NCBI GenBank assembly: GCA_049519235.1
Contig: JBEKQY010000004.1
Location: 1-56,606, forward strand
Length of the DNA: 56,606 nucleotides
Origin: Candidatus Korobacteraceae bacterium
GTDB taxonomy: Bacteria > Acidobacteriota > Terriglobia > Terriglobales > Acidobacteriaceae
Reading direction: 5' to 3'
Position numbers and translations under genes: made by a program. This document shows positions 8,942 to 17,774 of the stretch, one piece after another. The notes beneath the pieces are model-generated. The model ran no database searches, was not told where the DNA came from, and worked only from the letters and a program-made list of their open reading frames with translations. The first letter of the stretch is position 1. The number at the start of each line of letters is the position of its first letter.

Positions 8942-9712
8942 CTATGCACGCCGCGCAGCCCAGGCGCGAGTTACATAGGTCGTCTCAATCGCGGTCAGAC
9001 CTTCTATGCGCTTCTCTACGTAATCCAGAAACTCGCGGAATAGCTCCTGGCCTAATTGCACTTGCAGGTCGTTCACTGAGTGCCACACGCCGATATACTG
9101 CTCGGGGGTCTGGTGCACGGAATGCCTGCCTTCCAGGTACAGCACCTCGGTGAATTGCGGCTTGGCGCTCAACAGGTCGGTCAGCCGCTCGGTGATGCCG
9201 GAGCGTCCCGACGATACCCGCCTGACGTCGGGCTTGAGTCGCGTGATCTGCGCTTCGATCTCGACGAGCAGCGGGTTGGCCTCGATGAAGCGCGGATTCC
9301 ACAAGGCAACGAAGACGCCGCCCGGCCGCAGGATGCGGTGGAACTCGTCGCAGGCCTTGTCGAAATCGGCCCAGTGGAGTGAGGAGGCCATGCTGACCAG
9401 GTCGGCTGAGCTGTCCGGCAATCCAGTGGCTTCCGCCGAACCTTTGCGCCAGACAATCTCCGTACCGCGCGAGCTCTCGATTCCCTGCCCGCGCATGTCG
9501 TCATTGGGTTCCACGGCTACGACGGAATGCAGGCCGCGGGCGGCGAGGGTGCGCGTCCAAATGCCAGTGCCGGCGCCGATGTCGGCGGCATCGATGCTGG
9601 CCGCATCGCGTCCCACATAATGCAGGATCGCGGTCGCGACCTGCGGCGCATACCCAGCTCGAAACTTGGCGTAGTCGCCAGCTAGCCCGGTAAAGTCTCC
9701 GTGTTTCATCAT
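8942..9712 (-). CDS. class I SAM-dependent methyltransferase
   Basis: Motif I 'AADIGAGTGIWTRTLAARG', an acidic residue after beta-2 ('VVAVEPNDDM'), and 'LRPGGVFVALWN'. Confidence 0.85.
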   Translation of the reverse strand: MMKHGDFTGLAGDYAKFRAGYAPQVATAILHYVGRDAASIDAADIGAGTGIWTRTLAARGLHSVVAVEPNDDMRGQGIESSRGTEIVWRKGSAEATGLPDSSADLVSMASSLHWADFDKACDEFHRILRPGGVFVALWNPRFIEANPLLVEIEAQITRLKPDVRRVSSGRSGITERLTDLLSAKPQFTEVLYLEGRHSVHQTPEQYIGVWHSVNDLQVQLGQELFREFLDYVEKRIEGLTAIETTYVTRAWAARRA

Positions 9713-9775
9713 GACTGACAGCTTGCGGACAATGGTTTAAACGCCAAGTGGCTCTGTTGACATCCTGCTTGAAGG

Positions 9776-9926
9776 GGCGCGCCTTTAGGCGCGCCGTAAA
9801 TCCATCGAAACCCGCCGGCTTTAGCCGCCGAGAAGACTCGTTCTCTATGCCGCCTAAATTCGAGTTTCCTCTGTGGCTAAAGCCCGCCGTCGAGATGGTG
9901 TCGATCGGCGCGGCTGAAGCCGCGCC
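9776..9926. repeat. second cluster of REP-like GC hairpins with TTTA/TGAA loops
   Basis: Hairpin at 9776-9795: GGCGCGCC-TTTA-GGCGCGCC. An imperfect CCGCCGGC-TTTA-GCCGCCG lies near 9812-9830. Hairpin at 9907-9926: GGCGCGGC-TGAA-GCCGCGCC, 3 nt beyond the nucleotidyltransferase stop. Confidence 0.6.
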
Positions 9927-9929
9927 CCT

Positions 9930-10688
9930 TCAAACTGGATCTTCGAGCCGAAGCTCGCCCTCGCTCACCATCTTTTCGTACAGCGCCACGTCCTCCGGAT
10001 TGTCGATTTCACCCCATTGGCCATCGGTGGCGAAAGTGCCGATGGGGAGTTGCTTTCCGGCCAGCAGTCGGCGCAGCAATCCGGTCACGTCGAGGCGATC
10101 GCGGATCGCTGGGTCGAGTGCACTGACTACCGCCTCGACGGTACTCCACGCCGGAGGCGTGAATTTCAGCAGGCCCATATATTGCCCCTCGATATCTTCG
10201 ATTCGCGTCGTCCTGCCGCCGATCTCCAGCAATTGGCCCGCGGCATCGATGCGGAAAGTTTCCGCGTCGGCCAAAGGATCGGCGAAACGGCGGCTCCACA
10301 GGCGGCGCCAGGCCCGGTCGTAGCTGATGACCAACTGGCCTGGCGCATCGGCCAGACCGCGCACCAACTCACTGCGATAGAAGATGTCTCCGTAGCTGAC
10401 GATGACCGGCCCCGAGCGCAGCCAGGGAGCGGCTGCGGCGAGCGACATCACCATATTGGTTTCGGCCCATCGTGGGTTGGCGAAATAGCTGAGGCCGGGA
10501 AAATCGATCATCTCGGCGCGATAGCCGCGGACAACCCCGATCTCATCCACGCCGCCTCGCTGTAGCGCCGCAATCTGGCGCTCGATCAAAGGCTTGCCGT
10601 CGAGCTCGACCAGGCATTTCGGGCGGTCGTCGCCGCAATGTCCCATGCGGCTACCGCGACCGGCGGCGAGAATAACTGCGCGCATCAT
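9930..10688 (-). CDS. nucleotidyltransferase (LicC/sugar-phosphate NTP-transferase fold); candidate CTP:phosphoglutamine cytidylyltransferase (Cj1416-like)
   Basis: 'MRAVILAAGRGSRMG' (G-x-G-x-R loop) and 'PKCLVELDGKPLIERQI'. I place the start at ATG 10688, which forms an ATGA overlap with the upstream stop; the ORF track extends to 10745. Confidence 0.8.
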   Translation of the reverse strand: MMRAVILAAGRGSRMGHCGDDRPKCLVELDGKPLIERQIAALQRGGVDEIGVVRGYRAEMIDFPGLSYFANPRWAETNMVMSLAAAAPWLRSGPVIVSYGDIFYRSELVRGLADAPGQLVISYDRAWRRLWSRRFADPLADAETFRIDAAGQLLEIGGRTTRIEDIEGQYMGLLKFTPPAWSTVEAVVSALDPAIRDRLDVTGLLRRLLAGKQLPIGTFATDGQWGEIDNPEDVALYEKMVSEGELRLEDPV

Positions 10689-11287
10689 TCGACTCCGAAG
10701 ACTTGGCGGAACAGCAGCATGTCGGCAGGCGAGAACGGGGCGCACCGCTCAGGGTGCCACATAATCGCCGTTATCGGCTGGGTGGGATGGCGAATCGCTT
10801 TGACAACGCCGTCGGCGGCCACCGCCCAGACTTCGAGCGGCGGCTGCGAGTCAAAGGCGGCAAAGCAATGATAGCTGTTGACCTCTCTTGGCTCGCCGTC
10901 GATGCGGATGAGCTGGCATTTGGTCACATGGCCTTCGACGCGGCGTAACGGAATACCGAAGCGCTGCTGAATCATTTGCATGCCGCGACAAACGCCCAGC
11001 ACCGGCAGCCCGCGCCGCTCCGCCAAATCGAGCAGGGCATTTTCCACTGCGTCGCGTTCCGGGGCATCGCCGCCTAAAACAGCCAGATCGTTACCGCCGG
11101 TCAACACCAACCCGACAATGCCAGCCCGCTCGCACAAGGCAACAGCAGCCTCGACGACGTTGGGGAGCAATACGGGGAGCAGCCCGCAGGCCGCCAGGAA
11201 CTTGGTCCATGCTTGATCCAGGCAATCACGGCGCTCGCCATAGTCCGGATCGACCGATACCCGCTGGGTGATGGCGACCGCCTTCAT
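10685..11287 (-). CDS. class I glutamine amidotransferase / peptidase C26-fold hydrolase; candidate gamma-glutamyl-CDP-amidate hydrolase (Cj1417-like)
   Basis: Nucleophile elbow 'LPVLGVCRGMQMI' and 'IMWHPER' (His/Glu). The start at ATG 11287 (MKAVAITQR) forms an ATGA overlap with the upstream stop. Confidence 0.8.
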   Translation of the reverse strand: MKAVAITQRVSVDPDYGERRDCLDQAWTKFLAACGLLPVLLPNVVEAAVALCERAGIVGLVLTGGNDLAVLGGDAPERDAVENALLDLAERRGLPVLGVCRGMQMIQQRFGIPLRRVEGHVTKCQLIRIDGEPREVNSYHCFAAFDSQPPLEVWAVAADGVVKAIRHPTQPITAIMWHPERCAPFSPADMLLFRQVFGVE

Positions 11288-14208
11288 GCGATGACCATGA
11301 CCCTCTGGTTCGTGCAATCGAGGCACAGCTTGCGCGCTGTCTGCCATCGCTGGAACAGGGCTTCACCGGCGCCGATTACAGCGGGTATGCCGAGCTCGCC
11401 GGCGCGGATCGCCATGTGCGAATTGGCGCCGCCGAACTGGGTAACAAATCCGCTGATATCACGAGTGAAAATCCAGTCGAAGCCGGGGTCCGCGCTGGGC
11501 ACAAAAAGAATCCGTCCGGCGAAGCTCTCCGGAGGGTCACCGACTAAGGCGACCGGTGCGGTGATCTGTTTCTGGGTAATGAAATTCGGCTGGCTGGGGG
11601 GAAGGTGAAATGCGAACACTTCCTCGGGCGACGCGATGATGGGCGGAAGCACGAGATTGCGCGTGAGCGCGTGACGCTCTCTGCCCCGGGCGACACTCTC
11701 CCGCAACGCCTGGCGCACCGAGCCGCTTTCGCTGTACAGCGTGCGGACGATGTCGTAGTCAAGAAATGCACAATCCTCCGCCGATAGACCATGGTCCTCG
11801 CCCAGCTTCTTGATCAGCGACAGGGCGTCGCTCAGGCTTCGCGTAAACACGAACTTCGCGTACTCGCGGCCCTCAATGCCGGCCTTGATGAACTCGATCA
11901 AACTCAAAACGTCGATGTCAAGCTCATGTTCCTTGAGCAGTTGCTCAACGCGGCGCAACTGCTCGATGGAGAGCGCGAAGCGCTGGGGCGCAGACGCTCT
12001 CGGCCGGACACTCGACCAGTCGAAGTAGAGATCGGGCGCTTCGTCGTAGCGCGGCGACAGGATGTCGTACGTCCCTGGCCGGAGGTGGCCGTAGCGCGCC
12101 AGGAAGTCTGCCTTCGGAAGCTGCGCGAAATCCTGCCCGATGCGCGACACCACGGTATCGACACTTGCCATGAATGTGGCAGCCTCTTCGGCATTGAAAA
12201 CACCCACTTCGACGAAGGACTGGAGCAACTGGACCGCGATGAAGCCTGCCCGCGCCAGACCGGCGAACGGCAGCGTGCCGTAGCGCTTGCAGTCCTCGAT
12301 CAGCCAGTAAATGCGGCTGATCTTGTCGATCTCCGCGTTGCAGATGGTGGGAAACCGCTGTGCCAGAAGATCGATCTTGGCGCGGTCGCGCCGCCACAGT
12401 GCGCTCTCGCCATGAATGATGCGATTGGTGAGGCGCCGTAAGGCGCCCGAAAGTTCGGCAAGGTCTTCTGGAGAAAAGCCGTGCTCGGCGAGCCTGCCCA
12501 TCCGCTTCGGCAAATCGAGGGTGTAGCAGGAGAAGATGATCTCAAATTCGACCTTGTCATGGAGATGCGGCTCGGAGAGCAGGCGATCGATGTAGTAATT
12601 CACCAGACGCCCGGCGAGATCGTCGGGCACATCGCGTGGTACGAAGGAGTTGAAGCTGACCCGCACGTCGATGTAGGGCAGTCCGTGAAAGCTGACCAGC
12701 AGCGGAAAACTGCGAAGATTCTGGTAGCCGTAATTGTCCCGCTGATAGGCCCAGATCGCGTCGGTGATGAGTTCGCGATAGAGCGATAGCGAGAGCGGCC
12801 ATGGCCGCAGCCCAATGATTTCGGCTGGGTTCCAGTCCGGCATAACGCCGAATATCGCTCGGCTGCCGTGCAGATAAGGGTGCGGACGGCTGAGCAGCTC
12901 AACCTTGCGCGCGACATCGGCGAGCGCGGTTTCGACCTTCGCGTCCGCTACCTGCCCCTGGCAGTCGACGGCGAGCGGGCGGACTTGCAGAAGGTAAAGC
13001 TGCCCGTCACCGCCGACGGCGAATTCCACGTCGATTGCGTCACACGCTAGAAGGGTTTCCAGCTCGCTGACCAGAGCGATGACCGGCGCCAGCGAAGGTG
13101 GGCAGGCATCCGGCCGCGATTTGAGGCAAACAAAAGTCTCGAGATTCTCGCCGACACCGGCAGTTACGCGATCGGTCCGGCCGGAGCGGTCGTCGTAATT
13201 GATAACGAAATAGGGACCGCCGCTGGGATTGCGCGAGAAGACCACCCCGGCCATCGCCACCCGGTCAAGCATGGGCTGTACGAAGATCTGGTCGGCGTCG
13301 CTTCCGCCATCGGCAAACGAATCAATCACCCGCTCGATGGCCTGGGCCACGGCTGCGCTGCCGGCGACCCCGAGGACAGAATCGTACCTCCCTGCCTGCG
13401 AGCTTGCGGCGCCGTCCTCGCCCCGTGCGCTGCTGCGCACAATGACCCGATCCGAACCCCAGGGCGCAGCGGTGATGGCACCGAGCACGCCAGCGGCATC
13501 CGAGCGCCAATCGCTAACTGAAAACCGGACCTGCGGCAGGACGCGTCCATTGCGCAACAGCGGCGCCAGCGCCTCCAGAGATTCCGCCTTGGTTTTGAAG
13601 GCGATGAGGCGCGCCGGCTGCGCGGCATCCGCGCCATCCCGCCGGGCGCATATCGCCAGGATGCGGTCCACCGCCGTGGCAACGTCCAGCGCCCCATAAT
13701 TGTCGAGGACCAGGTCCGGCGCCTCGGGAGCCTCCGCCGGCACGTCAAGGCCAACCACGTCGCGCGCATGGCCGCGCTGGGCCCCCGCGTAGATGCCCTT
13801 GCTGTCCCGCCGCCGCAGCTCGTCTATCGGGACCCGAAGGTAGATCTCGCGATAACCGGGGATGTTCTCGCGGTTCCAACGCTGCACTTCGTGAAACAGC
13901 GAGATGGTCGCGCAGACGACATCGGCGCCCTGCTCAGCCAGCAACCGGCACAGCCGCGCATTGCGCATCGCCGAGCGCCGCCGGTCCTCTGCACTGTGGC
14001 CAAGGTCCTCGGCAATCACAGAACGGAGCGTGTCGCCATCCAGGAACGTAACCGGACGGCCCGCGGCACGCAGCCGGTTCCACAATTCTCGCCCCAAGGT
14101 TGTCTTGCCGGCGCCAGATAACCCGGTAATCCAGAAAACGTGCCCAGATGAAGCTTCATGTTTGGCCTCGAGCTGGCGTCCCGTCTTCTTTTTTATGTTC
14201 GTCAGCAT
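11284..14208 (-). CDS. fusion protein: N-terminal adenylylsulfate-kinase-like P-loop domain plus PEP-synthase/PPDK-like ATP-grasp with C-terminal swivel phosphohistidine domain (Cj1415-like + Cj1418-like)
   Basis: N-terminal 'VFWITGLSGAGKTTLGREL...LDGDTLR' (APS kinase/CysC type). 'VIVRSSARGEDG' (PPDK_N-type ATP-grasp). Extreme C-terminal 'GGANSHMAIRAGELGIPAVIGAG' (PEP-utilizer mobile His domain). ATG at 14208. Confidence 0.85.
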   Translation of the reverse strand: MLTNIKKKTGRQLEAKHEASSGHVFWITGLSGAGKTTLGRELWNRLRAAGRPVTFLDGDTLRSVIAEDLGHSAEDRRRSAMRNARLCRLLAEQGADVVCATISLFHEVQRWNRENIPGYREIYLRVPIDELRRRDSKGIYAGAQRGHARDVVGLDVPAEAPEAPDLVLDNYGALDVATAVDRILAICARRDGADAAQPARLIAFKTKAESLEALAPLLRNGRVLPQVRFSVSDWRSDAAGVLGAITAAPWGSDRVIVRSSARGEDGAASSQAGRYDSVLGVAGSAAVAQAIERVIDSFADGGSDADQIFVQPMLDRVAMAGVVFSRNPSGGPYFVINYDDRSGRTDRVTAGVGENLETFVCLKSRPDACPPSLAPVIALVSELETLLACDAIDVEFAVGGDGQLYLLQVRPLAVDCQGQVADAKVETALADVARKVELLSRPHPYLHGSRAIFGVMPDWNPAEIIGLRPWPLSLSLYRELITDAIWAYQRDNYGYQNLRSFPLLVSFHGLPYIDVRVSFNSFVPRDVPDDLAGRLVNYYIDRLLSEPHLHDKVEFEIIFSCYTLDLPKRMGRLAEHGFSPEDLAELSGALRRLTNRIIHGESALWRRDRAKIDLLAQRFPTICNAEIDKISRIYWLIEDCKRYGTLPFAGLARAGFIAVQLLQSFVEVGVFNAEEAATFMASVDTVVSRIGQDFAQLPKADFLARYGHLRPGTYDILSPRYDEAPDLYFDWSSVRPRASAPQRFALSIEQLRRVEQLLKEHELDIDVLSLIEFIKAGIEGREYAKFVFTRSLSDALSLIKKLGEDHGLSAEDCAFLDYDIVRTLYSESGSVRQALRESVARGRERHALTRNLVLPPIIASPEEVFAFHLPPSQPNFITQKQITAPVALVGDPPESFAGRILFVPSADPGFDWIFTRDISGFVTQFGGANSHMAIRAGELGIPAVIGAGEALFQRWQTARKLCLDCTNQRVMVIA

Positions 14209-14523
14209 TTGAACTTGTAACGTCCCTGTGACAACGACCTTACCCCGTTAGTAACATTCCCGTAACAAATTGGCAATATATATGAACCCACTGTGGCAGT
14301 AAATGGTATGCGCATCCGGCGACGTGTGGCGCCGTTCGTACTCGCCCTCACCGGAGCGGATGACGACAACTCCCAAAAATTCTGCTGCCCCATGCCGCCT
14401 TGGCTGACAGCTCTTTGCGGCTCTTCGCGCGAGATGGTTGCGGGTACAGAGCGAGATCCTTCATTCAAAAAGAGCCGACAGAAGTCTTTCGTATGGAGTT
14501 GGAGCCATGTGGAGTGGGACAGT

Positions 14524-14576
14524 GGTAGCGCTATCGGGAATCGAACCCGGGCTTGAAGGTTGAGAATCTGAAAACC
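14524..14576 (-). repeat. tRNA 3'-half-like sequence (anticodon-arm remnant, T-arm, acceptor 3' strand, CCA at 14523-14525); copy 1 of a 53-nt direct repeat; not a complete tRNA
   Basis: The reverse complement reads ..CCGGGTTCGATTCCCGATAGCGCTACCA. 47/53 positions are identical to 52274-52326 by my count. The T-stem has a C.A mismatch, and no matching 5' acceptor strand (AGCGCTA) or D-arm lies upstream. Confidence 0.55.
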
Positions 14577-14840
14577 TGAGAACATTCCATAGGACTGCCA
14601 TTCTGCAAGTGGTTATGAACAAGTCAATTCGCTTTCGCTAAGAGATGCGGGGTCCGTTCTCGGCACAGTCAACTGGTGATGATCCCATTTCAGCGCGGGG
14701 CTCTCAGTTCTGAGATGGACGACGAACACAGTGTTGCAGCGGCCGGCGAGGTCGATGTTATCCGCCGTCCTTAGGCGGAACCTTGGGAGGCTCCGGTTTT
14801 CCCTACGTATGCGGCATATGGGTGCACGAGAAGAAATGCT

Positions 14841-17480
14841 CTACCGCAGCTTGGCGTACTCGGCTTTGGCTTGCTTGTAGATGGGGATGTCGGGATCGGC
14901 GTCCTTCCAGAGGGTGAGGAAATCCTGGTAGGCAGCTTTCGCTTTCGCCGGATCACCGGAAAGGGCATAAGCGCGGCCCAGCCCCAAATGCGCTAACGCG
15001 CCGATCGGCTCGTTAGCCACGGCGCCGGGATGATCGAGGACCTTCTGGAACTCGGCGGCTGCGGCCGTGCCCTGACGTTGTGCCAGATACGCCTCTGCCC
15101 GCAGATGAGCGGGGTAAAGAACAAAGTCCGCGCTGCCGGAAACCACCCCGAGTTCGTAAGGCGTGGCCGGAGCCAGCGCCTCAACCGCGCTGGCAGCGCT
15201 CCCTCTCCCCAGGGCAGCGGCGCCGCGGATTGCAGGCAGATAGTTAAACTGCACGATCGTATCTTCCGGGAAGCGCTTGGCGAGATCGTCGGCCAGTCTT
15301 GCGGCTTGCGCCGAATCGCCGATCAGCCCCAGCGCAATCGCGGATAGTGGCACAACGTCCTTGTCTTTGGAGAGTGCAATTGCTTCTTCCGCCTTCTGCT
15401 TTGCCAATGCCCGGTTGCCGGCCAAGGCCTCACGCAATGCTCCCGCCGCCACATAGCCGGCCGCTGTCTCCTTTTCGTCGGCACGTTGGGCGGAATCGGC
15501 TGCATGTTCGGTCAGCTCTCGGGCGTGGACAAAATGGCCGGCATAGGCAGCGGTGTCCGATTCAAGGTAGAGCATTGTGTCTTCCAGGCCCGGCTTCCCC
15601 ATCATGCCTGCGGCCTCGCGGTCCATGCCGGCCGGATCATGCTGCAAAAAGGCAATAACGTAGAGGCTCTGGTGGATGGTTGGTGAGTCCAGATGGCGGG
15701 CTGGCGCGGCCTGCGCTGCCGCCTTGGCTTCGCTCAGACGATTCAAGGTCACGTAGCTGACAACCAGATTTCCGTATGTGAGCCCACTTCGTGGATTAAG
15801 CGTGAAGGATTCCTGAAAGGCTGCGAGAGCGGCCTCCTGGTCGCCAAGCTGTGCGTAGGTGGCGGCCAGGTCGTTCAACGGAACCTCACGGGGATAGATC
15901 TGCTTCCACAGCTCATAGGTTTTGCGGGCGGCCACCAGATCTCCGGTTACCTGAGTCTCATAGGCCGACGTGATGTACAGTCTCTCGCGTTCGTTCACGC
16001 GCTCGCGCAGCTCGTAGGCTTTGCGGAGGCTGTCCTTCGCACGTGCAGTTTGGCCCATGTTGAAGTAGCTGGTTCCCAGCCGGGCATAAGCCATGGCGAA
16101 GTTCCGATCCAAGCCGACGGCTCGCTCCAACAGCAAGGCCGCGGAAGGGAAATTGTTTCCCACCACTTGTGCGTGGTAGCCCAAGTTATAAGCCTTCAGC
16201 GCCTCAAGTGAAGCTGTGGTCACTTCCTCCGCAGGTGCGTCATACTTCTGCACCGAGGCCAGCGATTCGCCCAACTTTGTGCGCAGCTTCTTGGCCCCTT
16301 CGCCCAGTGCTTTCACCACTTGCTCTTTGCCGTTGGCTGTCACCTGGTCGTCGGCCAGCAGCTCACCGTTGCCGCAGTTCACTGCTTTCAAACCCAACAC
16401 GTACTGGGTTCCGAGGCTAGCAATGGAGCCTTCGATGATGGCCGCGCTCGCGGTACGCTGGCAGACCTCACGCGCCAGCTTCCCCGTGAGTCGTGCGTCT
16501 TTTGGCTGCGCCATCAGGGAGAGCGTCTGCGCGATCCGCTCGTCCGAAAGCAGGTTCAAAAAGGGTGACTGCTCCAGTTGTGCCGAAAGCCCCTGGCGTA
16601 GCGCTGAGTCGAAGACCGCTTCGCCGGTCTTGTTGTCGAACTCTGCGACTACGACGGTGTCCTTCTCCGTGAGCGTGCGAACCTTGTGCGCCCGCCAATA
16701 CAGTCCGCCGCCAATGACGGCGGCCAGCACAAACAGCGCACCAATCCAGAGCGCACCAAGTCGCCAGACGCGCGAGCGCGGTTCGACAATGCCTTTGACC
16801 TCGGGTCCCGGCGCTGCCTCTGCTCGCTCCGGCGTAAGGGCCGGAAAAGCTGGCGCCAGCGCTCCGGCCACCGACGCGGGCGCTCCACCTGCACTGGCAC
16901 TCAAAGCTGGCGCGTGGCTCCGTTCGCCCGACTCGAACTCGACTACCCGCGGCCGCGGCACGGCAACGGTGGTCGAGACTACCGGCGCAACAAAACGGTA
17001 TCCACGGCGAGGCAGCGTCTCGATGTAGAGCGGGTGGTCGGAATTGTCGCCGAGCACACCCCGAATCTGGTTGATGCAGCGGTTGACCCCGTGCTCAAAG
17101 TCAACGAAAGTTTCCTCATACCAAAGTTGCTTTTGGATTTCGTCCCGCGACACCAGTTGGCCGGCCTGGCTGGCCAGCAGCGCTAGCAGCTTGCAGGACT
17201 GCGGCGGCAACTTGATGACGGTGCCGGATTTGCGCAGCTCTTCGGTGTCGAGATTTAGCTCGAAGACACCGAAGCGAAGTAATTTCTGCGTGGCGCTCAC
17301 AACTGCTGCCTTCCCATCGGCGCACTGGAATGGGTTCCGACTGGACACCAAGACTTGCTTATCGCGGCTGCCGCCAGACTTTCGTCCATGTGCAGCAGTT
17401 CTCTTCCGTGTTGAGCGCGCTCCAGCGTTGTGTCCGCCCGTCAGGGGGTTGGATATCACAAGGATATAAGCACGCCCCAA
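14841..17480 (-). CDS. winged-helix (OmpR/CadC-type) DNA-binding protein with TM segment and C-terminal TPR repeats
   Basis: 'LRFGVFELNLDTEELRKSGTVIKLPPQSCKLLALLASQAGQLVSRDEIQKQLW...ETLPRRGYRF' is a trans_reg_C-type wHTH. TM helix 'LGALWIGALFVLAAVIGGGLYW'. The C-terminal half is TPR-like. The true start is probably downstream of 17480 (non-ATG). Confidence 0.8.
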   Translation of the reverse strand: MGRAYILVISNPLTGGHNAGARSTRKRTAAHGRKSGGSRDKQVLVSSRNPFQCADGKAAVVSATQKLLRFGVFELNLDTEELRKSGTVIKLPPQSCKLLALLASQAGQLVSRDEIQKQLWYEETFVDFEHGVNRCINQIRGVLGDNSDHPLYIETLPRRGYRFVAPVVSTTVAVPRPRVVEFESGERSHAPALSASAGGAPASVAGALAPAFPALTPERAEAAPGPEVKGIVEPRSRVWRLGALWIGALFVLAAVIGGGLYWRAHKVRTLTEKDTVVVAEFDNKTGEAVFDSALRQGLSAQLEQSPFLNLLSDERIAQTLSLMAQPKDARLTGKLAREVCQRTASAAIIEGSIASLGTQYVLGLKAVNCGNGELLADDQVTANGKEQVVKALGEGAKKLRTKLGESLASVQKYDAPAEEVTTASLEALKAYNLGYHAQVVGNNFPSAALLLERAVGLDRNFAMAYARLGTSYFNMGQTARAKDSLRKAYELRERVNERERLYITSAYETQVTGDLVAARKTYELWKQIYPREVPLNDLAATYAQLGDQEAALAAFQESFTLNPRSGLTYGNLVVSYVTLNRLSEAKAAAQAAPARHLDSPTIHQSLYVIAFLQHDPAGMDREAAGMMGKPGLEDTMLYLESDTAAYAGHFVHARELTEHAADSAQRADEKETAAGYVAAGALREALAGNRALAKQKAEEAIALSKDKDVVPLSAIALGLIGDSAQAARLADDLAKRFPEDTIVQFNYLPAIRGAAALGRGSAASAVEALAPATPYELGVVSGSADFVLYPAHLRAEAYLAQRQGTAAAAEFQKVLDHPGAVANEPIGALAHLGLGRAYALSGDPAKAKAAYQDFLTLWKDADPDIPIYKQAKAEYAKLR

Positions 17481-17774
17481 GCCACGTCGGCGACCCTTCC
17501 AGGCACCCTATGGGCGCATATTATAGCCCGTCTGGCAAGCCGGCTGAGTACCTCACAATCTAAGTCCCATTGCAGCAACACGTTATCCGCGTACATAAAA
17601 CTCACCCTCAAAGTACCCGTTGCGCATTGCTTACCAGAGCGAGCTGCCCTACTGTGCGCCCACGAAGCGGGAAATTGAGCACAGCTTGATGGCCTGCTTT
17701 TCGGGGGAACGTTTCCGGAGGTGGGCAAACATCCCGCCTCCGGGGACGCAACAAGAAACTGAAGGAGAAGCTCA

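Noticed and set aside
8754-8978. 74-aa plus-strand ORF in the convergent intergenic region
   Set aside because: It runs through three perfect palindromic hairpins and into the antisense of the methyltransferase 3' end. It has no SD and a repeat-derived composition.
9748-10323. 191-aa plus-strand ORF starting in the intergenic hairpin cluster
   Set aside because: Its N-terminus ('KGRAFRRAVNPSKPAGFSRR') is simply a translation of the REP-like palindromes. The remainder is antisense to the nucleotidyltransferase.
14202-14585. 127-aa minus-strand ORF spanning the tRNA-like fragment and the kinase-fusion upstream region
   Set aside because: It reads through the tRNA-like sequence and a promoter-like region. 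It has no SD or motif, and it overlaps the well-supported ATG at 14208 of the fusion gene.
14523-14600. A complete tRNA gene, or tmRNA/tRNA-Sec, at either tRNA-like site (also 52274-52350)
   Set aside because: Only the 3' half folds. No 5' acceptor strand complementary to TAGCGCT and no D-arm lie within ~90 nt upstream on the minus strand. The acceptor end does not fit tmRNA (no G.U Ala identity), and there is no long variable arm or UCA anticodon loop for tRNA-Sec. A tRNA-finder run should confirm this.
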